Below are positions 1 to 8,819 of a DNA stretch of 64,000 nucleotides, piece after piece; the first letter of the stretch is position 1, and every line of letters begins with the position of its first letter. The position numbers were made by a program, and so were the translations under genes. Below the pieces are notes generated by a model, which saw only the letters and a list, made by a program, of their open reading frames with translations, ran no database searches and was not told the DNA's origin. Origin of the DNA: Actinomycetota bacterium (GTDB lineage: Bacteria > Actinomycetota > Acidimicrobiia > Actinomarinales > Actinomarinaceae); contig JACNGE010000014.1 of NCBI GenBank assembly GCA_014384285.1, positions 141,316-205,315 of the forward strand, in the 5' to 3' direction.

Positions 1-951
1 TATTTAAAATTGTCTGGAAGAAAGCTCGATGAAGTCATTTCTGGAACAAGAGTGGATATCCTTGATGATAAAAAAGCTCCAGAAGACTTTGCTTTATGGA
101 AGTTTGCAAAAGAAGGAGAGCCATACTGGGAATCCGTTTGGGGAAAAGGTAGACCTGGTTGGCATATTGAATGTTCAGCTATGATAAATGCAATTCTTGG
201 TAAAGATATTGACTTTCATTGTGGCGGCAATGATCTCATATTTCCACATCACGAAAATGAGTTAGCTCAGTCAAAAGCTGCTTATCCAGATAATGAGTTT
301 GTCAAACACTGGCTTCATAACGGAATGATTAATCTTTCTGGAAAGAAAATGTCTAAATCAGAAGGAAATATAAAAATACTTAAAGATTATATTGACCAAT
401 ATGGTGGAGATGTATTACGTTTTTATTTCTTGAGAGCTCAATATAGGAGCCCACAAGAATTTAGTGAAGAACTATTAATAGAGTCAAAAACGACTTATAA
501 AAAAATATCCGATTTTGTTATCGATTCAAAACCACAACCTAAGAATGATGAACTTTTAAGTTTATTTGAAGAGTGTATGAATGATGATCTGAATACACCA
601 AAACTTATTGGGGAGATATTTACTCAAATGAATAATGCAACAAACCTTGAAAATGGAATGCTTGATGATATCAAGGCAACAGTTAAATATATTTTTGAAA
701 TATTGGGGTTCACTTTTAAAAAGAATGTTACAAAAAAAGTTTCAATTGAAGATACGGAGAAGTTTTTCAACCAGTATGAAATTATTTTTGATTCAGTTGA
801 ACAAGCCATGTCTGAGTTTTTAAAAATTAGAGAAAAGCATCGAGTAGAAAAAAATTATCAAATTGCAGACGAGATGCGAACTAATGTTTTAGAAATTGGT
901 ATAAAAATCGAAGATGGGAATAAAGATGGCTGGTCTTGGAACAATAATTGA
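1..951 (+). CDS. cysS: Cysteine--tRNA ligase, C-terminal ~313 aa (5' end lies upstream of the window)
   Basis: Frame 1 is open from nt 1. The translation carries the WHIECSAM, FPHHENE and KMSKS blocks of class-I CysRS. Confidence 0.93.
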   Translation, partial: YLKLSGRKLDEVISGTRVDILDDKKAPEDFALWKFAKEGEPYWESVWGKGRPGWHIECSAMINAILGKDIDFHCGGNDLIFPHHENELAQSKAAYPDNEFVKHWLHNGMINLSGKKMSKSEGNIKILKDYIDQYGGDVLRFYFLRAQYRSPQEFSEELLIESKTTYKKISDFVIDSKPQPKNDELLSLFEECMNDDLNTPKLIGEIFTQMNNATNLENGMLDDIKATVKYIFEILGFTFKKNVTKKVSIEDTEKFFNQYEIIFDSVEQAMSEFLKIREKHRVEKNYQIADEMRTNVLEIGIKIEDGNKDGWSWNNN

Positions 952-1642
952 GGGAAAAAATGCGGTTCTTTCTGTTGTTGAATCAGGTAGAGCGACAAAA
1001 ATTAGTTATTTACATCAAGAAACCCTCCCAGAAAATTTAGAAAATATTTTACTTCTAGCAAAGAAAAATAAAATAGAGCTTAAACCATACTCTTCAAAAG
1101 ATCAGTGGCCATACCACTCAAGGCATTCGATTGTTGCAACATGTAAGCCAAAGAAAACATTTAAGGAGAAAGATTTAGAAAAATTCCAGAAATCAAATTT
1201 TATTGTATGCGATCACATTCAAGATACAAATAACATTGGAGCTATCGCCAGAAGTGCAGCAGCATTTAATTTTGATGTAATTGCAATACCTTTAAAAAGA
1301 TCAGTAAAAATAACTGAACGCACTTTTACGATAGCAAGTGGTGGATTGGAAAAAGTAGAAATTGTATTCTACAACTCAATATTTTCACTAATCAAAAAAT
1401 TTAACTCTCTTGATATTTGGACTCTTGGATTAGATATGAGTGGTGAAACGGAAATTAATAAGGTTGACTTCAAGACTCATAACTATGCTTTATTTGTGGG
1501 ATCTGAAGAAAACGGCCTAAGCGGTGAAGTTCAGAGAAAGTTAGACCTCATAGCACGAATAAATATGGAAAATGACATTGAATCTCTAAATGTCTCTGTC
1601 TCAGCTGCTGTAGCAATGCATCAATTATTTATTAAAAAATAA
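914..1642 (+). CDS. SpoU/TrmH-family RNA 2'-O-methyltransferase (RlmB-like)
   Basis: N-terminal IEGKNAVLSVVE block and C-terminal SpoU motifs (FVGSEENGLS, LNVSVSAAVAMH). It lies immediately after cysS, as in actinobacteria. The start may instead be the ATG at 926. Confidence 0.85.
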   Translation: MGIKMAGLGTIIEGKNAVLSVVESGRATKISYLHQETLPENLENILLLAKKNKIELKPYSSKDQWPYHSRHSIVATCKPKKTFKEKDLEKFQKSNFIVCDHIQDTNNIGAIARSAAAFNFDVIAIPLKRSVKITERTFTIASGGLEKVEIVFYNSIFSLIKKFNSLDIWTLGLDMSGETEINKVDFKTHNYALFVGSEENGLSGEVQRKLDLIARINMENDIESLNVSVSAAVAMHQLFIKK

Positions 1643-1681
1643 ATTAACTCAAAATATATTTTTGCTATCATTTTACTATTC

Positions 1682-1753
1682 GCCGGAGTAGCTCAGTGGT
1701 AGAGCAACGCACTTGTAATGCGTAGGTCAGGGGTTCAACTCCCCTCTCCGGCT
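1682..1753 (+). tRNA. tRNA-Thr (anticodon TGT)
   Basis: Hand-folded cloverleaf: acceptor GCCGGAG/CTCCGGC, D arm GCTC..GAGC, anticodon arm ACGCA-CTTGTAA-TGCGT, T arm AGGGG-TTCAACT-CCCCT. No encoded CCA. Confidence 0.9.
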
Positions 1754-1757
1754 CTCA

Positions 1758-2603
1758 GTGAAAAACTACTACTCAACATTAAGAACTGTTTTTTTTATCA
1801 TTGTTGGTCTGCATTTCTCTCTTTATTTTTTTGGAATCTTGAGACTTTCCATAATTTATGACTATTTAGATTATTGGCCACTCACATTAATTCCACTATT
1901 TCTTATATTGCTTCCGAAATCAAAAATAATATCTGAAGCCATAAAGTTTTATTCATACGCATTACTGATATCGGTTGGACTGATTTTTTTACTTGGCCAC
2001 GCAACTAAAGCTTCTTTTCTAGGGACTTATTCACAAAATTACTCTTTTGAGAATATAACACTTGATAATGAAAATATTTATAAGGTAGTTGTTAATGAAG
2101 GTATTGCAATTAACCTCAGTGCTTATGAGGGTACTGGTTATAAAATAGATATTATAAACAAGCCGGGCATTGCAGGTTATCCAGAAGCCATAGAGACTTT
2201 AGTAGGAAATCCTCGTGCTGTAATATTTAGAAGTGTTAAAACAAGTTCCTTGTTGAAAATAAAAGGTTGGCAAATACAGCTAGGGAATAAAAATAGATGG
2301 GACTTAGATATTTTTTCAATTGATTCCAATATAGATTTGAACAATTTAGAGATTCACGAAGCTACTCTCTCAGGAACGGGAACAATTAACCTAGGTGAGA
2401 ATCTAAAATTAGAAAAATTATTAATTAATGGAGTTTATGAAATAAATGTTTCAGAAAATTTGCCCATAGTCGTTTCGGGAAAAGCAGACACTCCGTCAAA
2501 TTGGATAAATGCTAGCATTGGTACTTTGAATAATGTAACAGAATCTTACAGATTATTGGTTGAAATTATGGACGGTTCAGAAGTAATATTCAATGATGGA
2601 TGA
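1758..2603 (+). CDS. Hypothetical membrane protein with N-terminal TM helices and a repetitive beta-rich C-terminal domain (LiaF/DUF4097-like by appearance)
   Basis: 281-codon open frame in an AT-rich genome. It has three hydrophobic helices in the first ~90 aa and a GTG start 5 nt after the tRNA. The family assignment is tentative. Confidence 0.6.
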   Translation: MKNYYSTLRTVFFIIVGLHFSLYFFGILRLSIIYDYLDYWPLTLIPLFLILLPKSKIISEAIKFYSYALLISVGLIFLLGHATKASFLGTYSQNYSFENITLDNENIYKVVVNEGIAINLSAYEGTGYKIDIINKPGIAGYPEAIETLVGNPRAVIFRSVKTSSLLKIKGWQIQLGNKNRWDLDIFSIDSNIDLNNLEIHEATLSGTGTINLGENLKLEKLLINGVYEINVSENLPIVVSGKADTPSNWINASIGTLNNVTESYRLLVEIMDGSEVIFNDG

Positions 2604-2612
2604 AAGAGATTT

Positions 2613-3530
2613 ATGATTGATCAACTTGGAAATGGCCTACTTTTGGGAATAATTATTTCAGTCGCATCGGTTGCTTTGTCTTTGCTTTACAGTGTTACAA
2701 GGATTGTTAATTTTGCACATGGAGAAATCATTGCTCTTGGCGCAATTATGACACTATTTTTTTCGAATCCAGTTGATTCAAGAGTTATTTATTTAGATAG
2801 GTTCTCACCCCTTGGTCTAGATTTTGTCATTTCAGCATTTCTAGCAGTAATTTTGTGTGGAGTTTTTGGAGGTCTACTTGAATTAATATTGTTTAGGCCA
2901 CTCAGAAAAGCTGAGGTTGGAAATATTGCAATACTAGTAGTAACTATTGGTCTTTCTATTTTTATAAGACATCTATATCTTATTTTTGCAACAGGTAGAG
3001 TCCAAAACTTTCCACTTGAACTTGAGAGACGAGTAACTTATTTATTTTTTGACATGACTCCGAGAAATTTTAGAGTCCTGATTGCCGGCATAATTGTAAT
3101 GGTCTTAATTGGTCTATTACTAACTTTTACAAGAATTGGAAAAGCTATGAGAGCTGTTAGAGACTCTGGTGAATTGGCCAGTATTTCAGGTATTAATTCT
3201 GATAATATTATTTTGATTACATGGATTTCCTCAAGCATGCTAGCTGGCCTTGCAGGCATATTTCAAGGTGTAATTAACGATATTAGATACAATATGGGCT
3301 TTTTAATACTCTTGCTCGTTTTTGCAGGAACAGTACTTGGTGGAATCGGAACATCATTTGGTGCAATGGTTGGGGGACTGCTTATTGGTATATTTGTTCA
3401 AGTTTCAGTAGCATTTCCATTTATGGAGGGTCATATTGAAGCTAAAAATGCAGTTGCCCTTGGGTTAATGATTGTAATTCTCTTATTTAGACCTCAAGGT
3501 ATTTTTGGCCAAAAAGAAAGAATTTCATGA
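2613..3530 (+). CDS. livH: Branched-chain amino acid ABC transporter permease (LivH type)
   Basis: 305-aa polytopic protein with the typical LivH N-terminus (GLLLGIIISVASVALSLLYSVTRIVNFAHGE) and the C-terminal RPQGIFG motif. First gene of a livHMGF-order operon. Confidence 0.9.
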   Translation: MIDQLGNGLLLGIIISVASVALSLLYSVTRIVNFAHGEIIALGAIMTLFFSNPVDSRVIYLDRFSPLGLDFVISAFLAVILCGVFGGLLELILFRPLRKAEVGNIAILVVTIGLSIFIRHLYLIFATGRVQNFPLELERRVTYLFFDMTPRNFRVLIAGIIVMVLIGLLLTFTRIGKAMRAVRDSGELASISGINSDNIILITWISSSMLAGLAGIFQGVINDIRYNMGFLILLLVFAGTVLGGIGTSFGAMVGGLLIGIFVQVSVAFPFMEGHIEAKNAVALGLMIVILLFRPQGIFGQKERIS

Positions 3531-4582
3531 ACATTTCTGCCAAATGGATTACTACTCTAGTTTTAACTTTTTCATCTTTAGCTCTAGTGTTTGTATTAAA
3601 CCCGGATGGCCAATTAAGGATTCTTGCTAACCTCCTTACTTTTGCTGGCATTTACGCACTTGCTGCTGTGGGTTTAAATGTTCATTTTGGATTGACTGGA
3701 TTGCTAAACTTTGGGCACGCATCTTTCATGGGAGTTGGAGCATATGTTACTCTTCTTTTGATTCCTCACGCAGCTGGAAGAGAAGGAGAAATAAATGAAA
3801 ATGGACTACCTTTTCTATTAGCTTTATTAATCGGGATTATTGCAGCTTCTCTCTTTGGATTACTCTTAGGTCTTCCAGCAATGAGATTAAGGGGAGACTA
3901 TCTGGCTATAGTAACAATTGCTGCTGCAGAGATTTTTAGACTATTAGTCCGCGACCTTGAGTCAATTACCGGAGGAGTGTATGGAATTATTAATTTTTCA
4001 TCAGCTCTTCAGAAGTATCGACCAGTTTTTTTTGATGAAGCTGTTATTAGTCTTGATTTAGCACCTGCTCAAATCTGGGTAGGCTTACTATCTTGGATAT
4101 CTGTATTTCTTGTATTGTTGTTACTTAAAAGATTGAGTAGTTCACCTTGGGGAAGAGCCTTAAGGGCAGTTAGAGAAGACGAGGATGCCGTACGTGCATT
4201 AGGAAAGAATGCAGTTTGGCTAAAGCTGCAAAGCTTCATGCTTGGCGCGGGAATAGCCGGTGTTTCTGGTGTTTTCTTAGCTTTTAATTATGGATTTGTA
4301 GAAACAACTATTTTTATACCACTTTTAACTTTTTACGTATGGGCAATAATGATTCTTGGAGGGGTTGGTAGTTTAACTGGACCAATTTTTGGATCTATAA
4401 TTTTTTGGGCAATTATTTCAGAAACTGATAAAATTGCTTCTTTAATTTTTGAGAATGCAGATGGACAACAGTTGGCAGGCGTTAGGTTTATGCTTGTTGG
4501 ATTATTGATTATGTTACTTATGATATTTAGACCTAGCGGCTTACTTGGTAAAAAAGAGGAGTTGCTACTTAATGTCAAATAA
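3527..4582 (+). CDS. livM: Branched-chain amino acid ABC transporter permease (LivM type)
   Basis: 351-aa polytopic protein with the GLLNFGHASFMGVGAY, MRLRGDYLAIVT and RAVREDEDA motifs. 4-nt overlap with livH. Confidence 0.9.
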   Translation: MNISAKWITTLVLTFSSLALVFVLNPDGQLRILANLLTFAGIYALAAVGLNVHFGLTGLLNFGHASFMGVGAYVTLLLIPHAAGREGEINENGLPFLLALLIGIIAASLFGLLLGLPAMRLRGDYLAIVTIAAAEIFRLLVRDLESITGGVYGIINFSSALQKYRPVFFDEAVISLDLAPAQIWVGLLSWISVFLVLLLLKRLSSSPWGRALRAVREDEDAVRALGKNAVWLKLQSFMLGAGIAGVSGVFLAFNYGFVETTIFIPLLTFYVWAIMILGGVGSLTGPIFGSIIFWAIISETDKIASLIFENADGQQLAGVRFMLVGLLIMLLMIFRPSGLLGKKEELLLNVK

Positions 4583-5342
4583 ATTGTTAGAAGTAAAAAA
4601 TTTAAAAAAAACATTCGGAGGACTAAAAGCAGTAGATGTTGAACACCTTTCATTTAATAAAAATGAATTAACATCTGTCATTGGACCAAATGGGGCAGGT
4701 AAGACTACATTTTTTGACTTAGTTTCAGGATTTCAACAGGGAGATACTGGAGAGATTTACTTTAAAAACAAAAAAATAACAAAGACTCAGCCATATAAGA
4801 TTTCAAGACTTGGGCTTATTAGAACTTTTCAATTAACTAAAGTTTTTGACAGAATGACGGTTTTAGAAAATCTTATGTTTTCAGGTTCGAGCATTAAGAA
4901 TGACTCATTTTTTCAATCTATTCTCAATACTTCCTCAAGTAAAAAATATGAATCTGATTTGGAAGAGAGAGCATTTGAAATTATGCAAGATTTAAATATT
5001 GAAAAAATGTCAGAATCTTATGCGCGTGAGTTATCAGGTGGGCAAAAAAAATTATTAGAACTAGGAAGATCTTTAATGAAAAACCCAGATTTATTACTAC
5101 TTGATGAACCACTTGCTGGCGTAAACCCAAAACTAGCTGAAGATCTTCTTGAAAAAATAAAAAACTTATCAGATCAGGGTATAACAATTCTTATGGTTGA
5201 ACATAATATTGAAGCAGTAATGAAGATATCTGAAAGAGTGGTCGTGCTAGCAGAAGGAAAAGTAATTGCAGAAGGTACACCGCAAACTGTTCGAAGTAAT
5301 GATAAGGTGATTGAAGCTTATTTAGGTACAGCTCATGAATAA
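4572..5342 (+). CDS. livG: Branched-chain amino acid ABC transporter ATP-binding protein (LivG type)
   Basis: Walker A GPNGAGKTT, signature LSGGQKKLLELGRSL, Walker B LLLLDEP. I chose the in-frame ATG at 4572; the ORF track opens at 4545. Confidence 0.9.
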   Translation: MSNKLLEVKNLKKTFGGLKAVDVEHLSFNKNELTSVIGPNGAGKTTFFDLVSGFQQGDTGEIYFKNKKITKTQPYKISRLGLIRTFQLTKVFDRMTVLENLMFSGSSIKNDSFFQSILNTSSSKKYESDLEERAFEIMQDLNIEKMSESYARELSGGQKKLLELGRSLMKNPDLLLLDEPLAGVNPKLAEDLLEKIKNLSDQGITILMVEHNIEAVMKISERVVVLAEGKVIAEGTPQTVRSNDKVIEAYLGTAHE

Positions 5343-6051
5343 TCCAATTTTAGAATGCAATGGAATTGCGGCAGGGTATGTAAAAGGATTGAACATATTA
5401 CAAGGGGTAGACTTGGTTGTTTCTGAGGGAGAAATCGTATCAATAATTGGACCCAACGGAGCTGGTAAATCAACTTTATTAAAAGCAATCATGGGCTTAA
5501 TAAATATTTCAGCCGGTCGTTTTTTTATAGAAGGTTTAGAAAAAACTAACTTACCAACCCATAAAATTGTAAATGAGGGAGTTGGGTATGTTCCTCAGGT
5601 GCAAAACGTATTTCCATCTTTAACTATCGAAGAAAATCTAGAAATGGGATCATGGTCTTTAGGTAAAAACGCAAAGCAAAGTATCAATGAGCTATATCAA
5701 GAATTTCCATTATTAGAGGAAAGAAGAAAAGAAAAGGCTGGAAACTTATCTGGTGGGCAAAGACAGATATTAGCACTAGCAAGGGCCCTAGTGACTTCCC
5801 CCAAACTACTTCTTCTAGACGAGCCTTCAGCTGGTCTATCACCTCTTGCAATAGATGATGTGTTTAAAACCATAAAGAATATTAATCTAAAAGGGGTCTC
5901 AATTCTCTTAGTTGAGCAAAATGCGAAGAGAGCATTGAAGTTCAGTAACAGAGGATATGTATTGGATCAGGGTAGGAATGCTTATCAAGGAACAGGGACA
6001 GATCTACTTGATGATCCAAGAGTTGTTGACTTATATTTAGGAAAACTATAA
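5335..6051 (+). CDS. livF: Branched-chain amino acid ABC transporter ATP-binding protein (LivF type)
   Basis: Walker A GPNGAGKST, signature LSGGQRQILALARAL, Walker B LLLLDEPS. 8-nt overlap with livG. Confidence 0.9.
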   Translation: MNNPILECNGIAAGYVKGLNILQGVDLVVSEGEIVSIIGPNGAGKSTLLKAIMGLINISAGRFFIEGLEKTNLPTHKIVNEGVGYVPQVQNVFPSLTIEENLEMGSWSLGKNAKQSINELYQEFPLLEERRKEKAGNLSGGQRQILALARALVTSPKLLLLDEPSAGLSPLAIDDVFKTIKNINLKGVSILLVEQNAKRALKFSNRGYVLDQGRNAYQGTGTDLLDDPRVVDLYLGKL

Positions 6052-6083
6052 AAAAAAAGGCCTGTTTTCACAGGCCTTTTTTT
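6051..6083. terminator. Bidirectional intrinsic terminator between convergent livF and the binding-protein gene
   Basis: The stem AGGCCTG (6058-6064) pairs with CAGGCCT (6071-6077). It is flanked by an A-run (6051-6058) and a T-run (6077-6083), so the hairpin plus U-tract reads the same on both strands. Confidence 0.8.
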
Positions 6084-6098
6084 AATTCTTTAAAAGAA

Positions 6099-7388
6099 TT
6101 ATGAACCGAAGTCCACTGATTTAAGGACTGGGTTTGTGTCACCCTCAGTTGTCCAAATATCGTATGTAGCAGCAGTTGGGTCACCAGCTTGATTTAATTC
6201 AATCTCACCAGAAGCTCCAACGTAGTCTACGTCAACACCTGCAGCAGCAAGTGCTATACAGCTAACGCCAATACATTTTTCCCCACCAGATGATGCTGCA
6301 ACTAATCCTGAAGCAATTTCAGGTCCAGTAACACCATTTGCAGCAGCAGATATTGCCATTAACATGACAGCATCGTATGCTTGTGGAGCAAAAATAAATG
6401 TTGGTGATCCATCAGCACTAACTCCGGCATAAGCAGCTTCAAAAGCATCTTTTGCTTCTCCAGCTGTAGAACCAGGTGCAGTACCTTTGAATCCATCAAG
6501 TGCGGTACCAAGTCCACACAATGACGCAAGTCCAGCATCTTTAACACCATCAGTCATGTACCAAGGTGTATCTAGTAGTCCTTGCTCAAAAGCAGGTTGT
6601 AGAACTCCACAACCAGTTTCTGGGAACAAGATTCCAACAATAGCTTCGGCACCACCTTTAGCTAAAGCTGTTACTTCTGCACTAAATTCAGATGCATCAG
6701 TTGCATGGTAAACAATTGTTTTAACTGTATTACCTTCAACAGCTTCAAAAGCTGAAGCTGTAGCTTCTGCTAGACCTCTACCATAAGAGTCTGCTCTTGA
6801 AATAATTGAAACTGTCTTCACACCATCTTCAACAAGTAGAGAAGCTAATACTTCACCTTGTAAAAGATCGGAAGGAGCAGTTCTTGCGTAAAATCCTTTT
6901 TTATCCATTTTGGTAAATTGAGGACTTGTATTAGATGGAGATACCATAACAACTTCAGCTGCAATTGCGGCATCAAGAATAGCTAGTGAGGTACCACTAC
7001 ATGCGGCTCCCATAACTCCTTGTGCACCTTGTGCAACAACATCATTTAAATTGGTTAGAGCAATAGCTCCATCACAACCGCTGTCTCCCTCGATAAGGGT
7101 TACATCGGCTCCATTAATACCGCCAGCAGCATTGATTTGCTCAACAGCGAGTGCCGCACCTAGTGCAATACCAGGTCCTAGAGATGCTAAATCACCTGAT
7201 AATGGCATTAAAGATGCCAATACAAGTGGGTCAGCAGTAGGAGCAGCAACAGTAGTAGCAGGAGCTTCAGTTGTCGCGGGAGCTTCAGTTGCTACTGTCT
7301 CTTCCTCAACCACTTCCTCAGCTGTACCACAAGCTGCAGCGAAAATCGCTAAAATCGCAATCAAAGCAATAGCTTTGCGATTCTTCAT
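6099..7388 (-). CDS. ABC transporter substrate-binding lipoprotein, Leu/Ile/Val-binding (type-1 periplasmic binding protein) family
   Basis: Signal peptide with lipobox (AILAIFAAAC), a Thr/Ala/Pro/Glu linker, then an Ala/Gly-rich PBP1 domain. It is convergent on livHMGF. Confidence 0.85.
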   Translation of the reverse strand: MKNRKAIALIAILAIFAAACGTAEEVVEEETVATEAPATTEAPATTVAAPTADPLVLASLMPLSGDLASLGPGIALGAALAVEQINAAGGINGADVTLIEGDSGCDGAIALTNLNDVVAQGAQGVMGAACSGTSLAILDAAIAAEVVMVSPSNTSPQFTKMDKKGFYARTAPSDLLQGEVLASLLVEDGVKTVSIISRADSYGRGLAEATASAFEAVEGNTVKTIVYHATDASEFSAEVTALAKGGAEAIVGILFPETGCGVLQPAFEQGLLDTPWYMTDGVKDAGLASLCGLGTALDGFKGTAPGSTAGEAKDAFEAAYAGVSADGSPTFIFAPQAYDAVMLMAISAAANGVTGPEIASGLVAASSGGEKCIGVSCIALAAAGVDVDYVGASGEIELNQAGDPTAATYDIWTTEGDTNPVLKSVDFGS

Positions 7389-7410
7389 ATAATTTCCTTT
7401 CAGTCACTGA

Positions 7411-7442
7411 AAATAAAAATTCCTACATTATTTGTAGGAATG
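7411..7442 (-). promoter_or_regulatory. Perfect 9-bp stem-loop plus U-tract in the 5' leader of the binding-protein gene (attenuator or 5' stabiliser)
   Basis: On the minus strand ATTCCTACA-AATAA-TGTAGGAAT is followed by TTTTTATTTT and ends ~22 nt before the start codon. A candidate promoter, TTGAAG-N16-TATTGT (minus strand, 7478-7451), would start transcription at the base of the hairpin. Confidence 0.4.
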
Positions 7443-7506
7443 TATTACAACAATAGCGTGTTTTTAGTACTCTTCAAATAGCATATTTAATTAATTTATA
7501 CATAAA

Positions 7507-8517
7507 ATGACTGAAATACTTGAAAACATACTAAATACATTAAACAATCAAGAATATGTGGATATATTATTATATATTTTCATTTTTTATTTTCTATATT
7601 TTGGATGGAAAAATGGTTCAATTCTTATTGTTTTCTATATCTCTTCACTATTAGTAGCTATTTTTTTAAGTTTCAGGTACTCGGACGTTATTGGTACGTA
7701 TATAAGTGGATGGCTAAATTCAGGAAGACAATTATCTGAACTCTTCGCTGGTGTTATTATTTTTATTGGAATCATAACGATTTCATCTTTAATTCAAAAC
7801 ATTATCCTCTCCGTTAAGAGCAAAAATGATGTTGGAAGCAAGTTACTGGGTACTTTACTATCTCTTTTATTGAGTAATTTAATCTTGACTTTTGTATTTA
7901 CGATTATATCCTTAATCAACACTACTCCTCTAGTAGAAGACTATCTTGAACGCTCAGACTTAGTATCTTTTTACACCGATCCTGATGGAACTCCTCAACA
8001 AGCTTTAGAAGTAATTATTGGAAATGATCTACTCAAAGTTGTCTCAAGAATAAAAGACTTAACGGGAGAGTCATCAGTTGTAGTTGATGAATTTGGTTGT
8101 TTAGAGATTCCAAAAGTTTCTAGGTCAAAGCTAATAGCTAGGGGAGAGGAATCTCTTGAGATGTTTGAAATTTTAAACATTGAACGGATTAACAAAAATG
8201 TTGATCCAGTTGAGTTTTCTCAAAGACTTTCTGACATTGCAAATTCATATGCTTTTCTAATGTATGAAGAGGGATTTTGGTGTCATAAAAATCCATTAAA
8301 TGGTCAACAAGTGGGAGACAGGTTAAGTGAAGTAGGTCTTCCATACAAAACTGTTGCAGAAAATTTGGCTATAGCATCAACACTTGTTGCCGGACACGAG
8401 AGTTTAATGAGTTCAGAAACACATAGAAATACAATCTTAGATGGCGAGTTTAAAAGAGTAGGGATAGGTATAGTATCTGGCCCACTAGGTTTAATTATTG
8501 TTCAGATCTTTCAATGA
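7507..8517 (+). CDS. Membrane protein with an N-terminal CvpA-like 4-TM domain fused to a C-terminal CAP/SCP (YkwD-like) domain
   Basis: Four hydrophobic helices in the first ~140 aa. The C-terminus has CAP-type blocks (HRNTILDGEFKRVGIGI, ENLA). Confidence 0.7.
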   Translation: MTEILENILNTLNNQEYVDILLYIFIFYFLYFGWKNGSILIVFYISSLLVAIFLSFRYSDVIGTYISGWLNSGRQLSELFAGVIIFIGIITISSLIQNIILSVKSKNDVGSKLLGTLLSLLLSNLILTFVFTIISLINTTPLVEDYLERSDLVSFYTDPDGTPQQALEVIIGNDLLKVVSRIKDLTGESSVVVDEFGCLEIPKVSRSKLIARGEESLEMFEILNIERINKNVDPVEFSQRLSDIANSYAFLMYEEGFWCHKNPLNGQQVGDRLSEVGLPYKTVAENLAIASTLVAGHESLMSSETHRNTILDGEFKRVGIGIVSGPLGLIIVQIFQ

Positions 8518-8819
8518 CATATTCGTCAATTCCTCTAATTGAAGGACTTCTAAAAGACACAGAAAAACATCTACTTTCTGTTGGTATTAAGATCACAGAT
8601 AAAAATAGGGGAATGTTGGAAACAATTTTAAAGGAAGAGTTTACAAAAAATCCACTTACCCAGAAATATACACCAACTCAGGTAGTAAATAAATTCCTCT
8701 CTGAGAATTACCAGTTTAAAGAAATGCTCACACCTAGAAGTTTTTCAGAAGAAACATTTTTTTTAATCATGCAGTGGGGAATTCATAAAGCCTCAGAGAT
8801 ATCAAACTTTGATGAATAA
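8514..8819 (+). CDS. Hypothetical protein (101 aa)
   Basis: The open frame overlaps both neighbours by a few nt (translational coupling). I do not recognise a family. Confidence 0.55.
   Translation: MTYSSIPLIEGLLKDTEKHLLSVGIKITDKNRGMLETILKEEFTKNPLTQKYTPTQVVNKFLSENYQFKEMLTPRSFSEETFFLIMQWGIHKASEISNFDE

Noticed and set aside
7261-7296. An 18-nt-period tandem duplication (GGAGCTTCAGTTG core repeated) inside the binding-protein gene.
   Set aside because: It simply encodes the duplicated TEAPAT motif of the flexible lipoprotein linker. It is a low-complexity linker expansion, not a regulatory or mobile repeat.
6099-7388. A locally G+C-richer stretch that could suggest a horizontally acquired island.
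   Set aside because: The enrichment coincides exactly with one gene and follows from its Ala/Gly/Thr-rich protein composition. Third codon positions still favour A/T (gca, gct, ggt, act), as in the neighbouring genes. The gene also fits functionally with the adjacent livHMGF operon.
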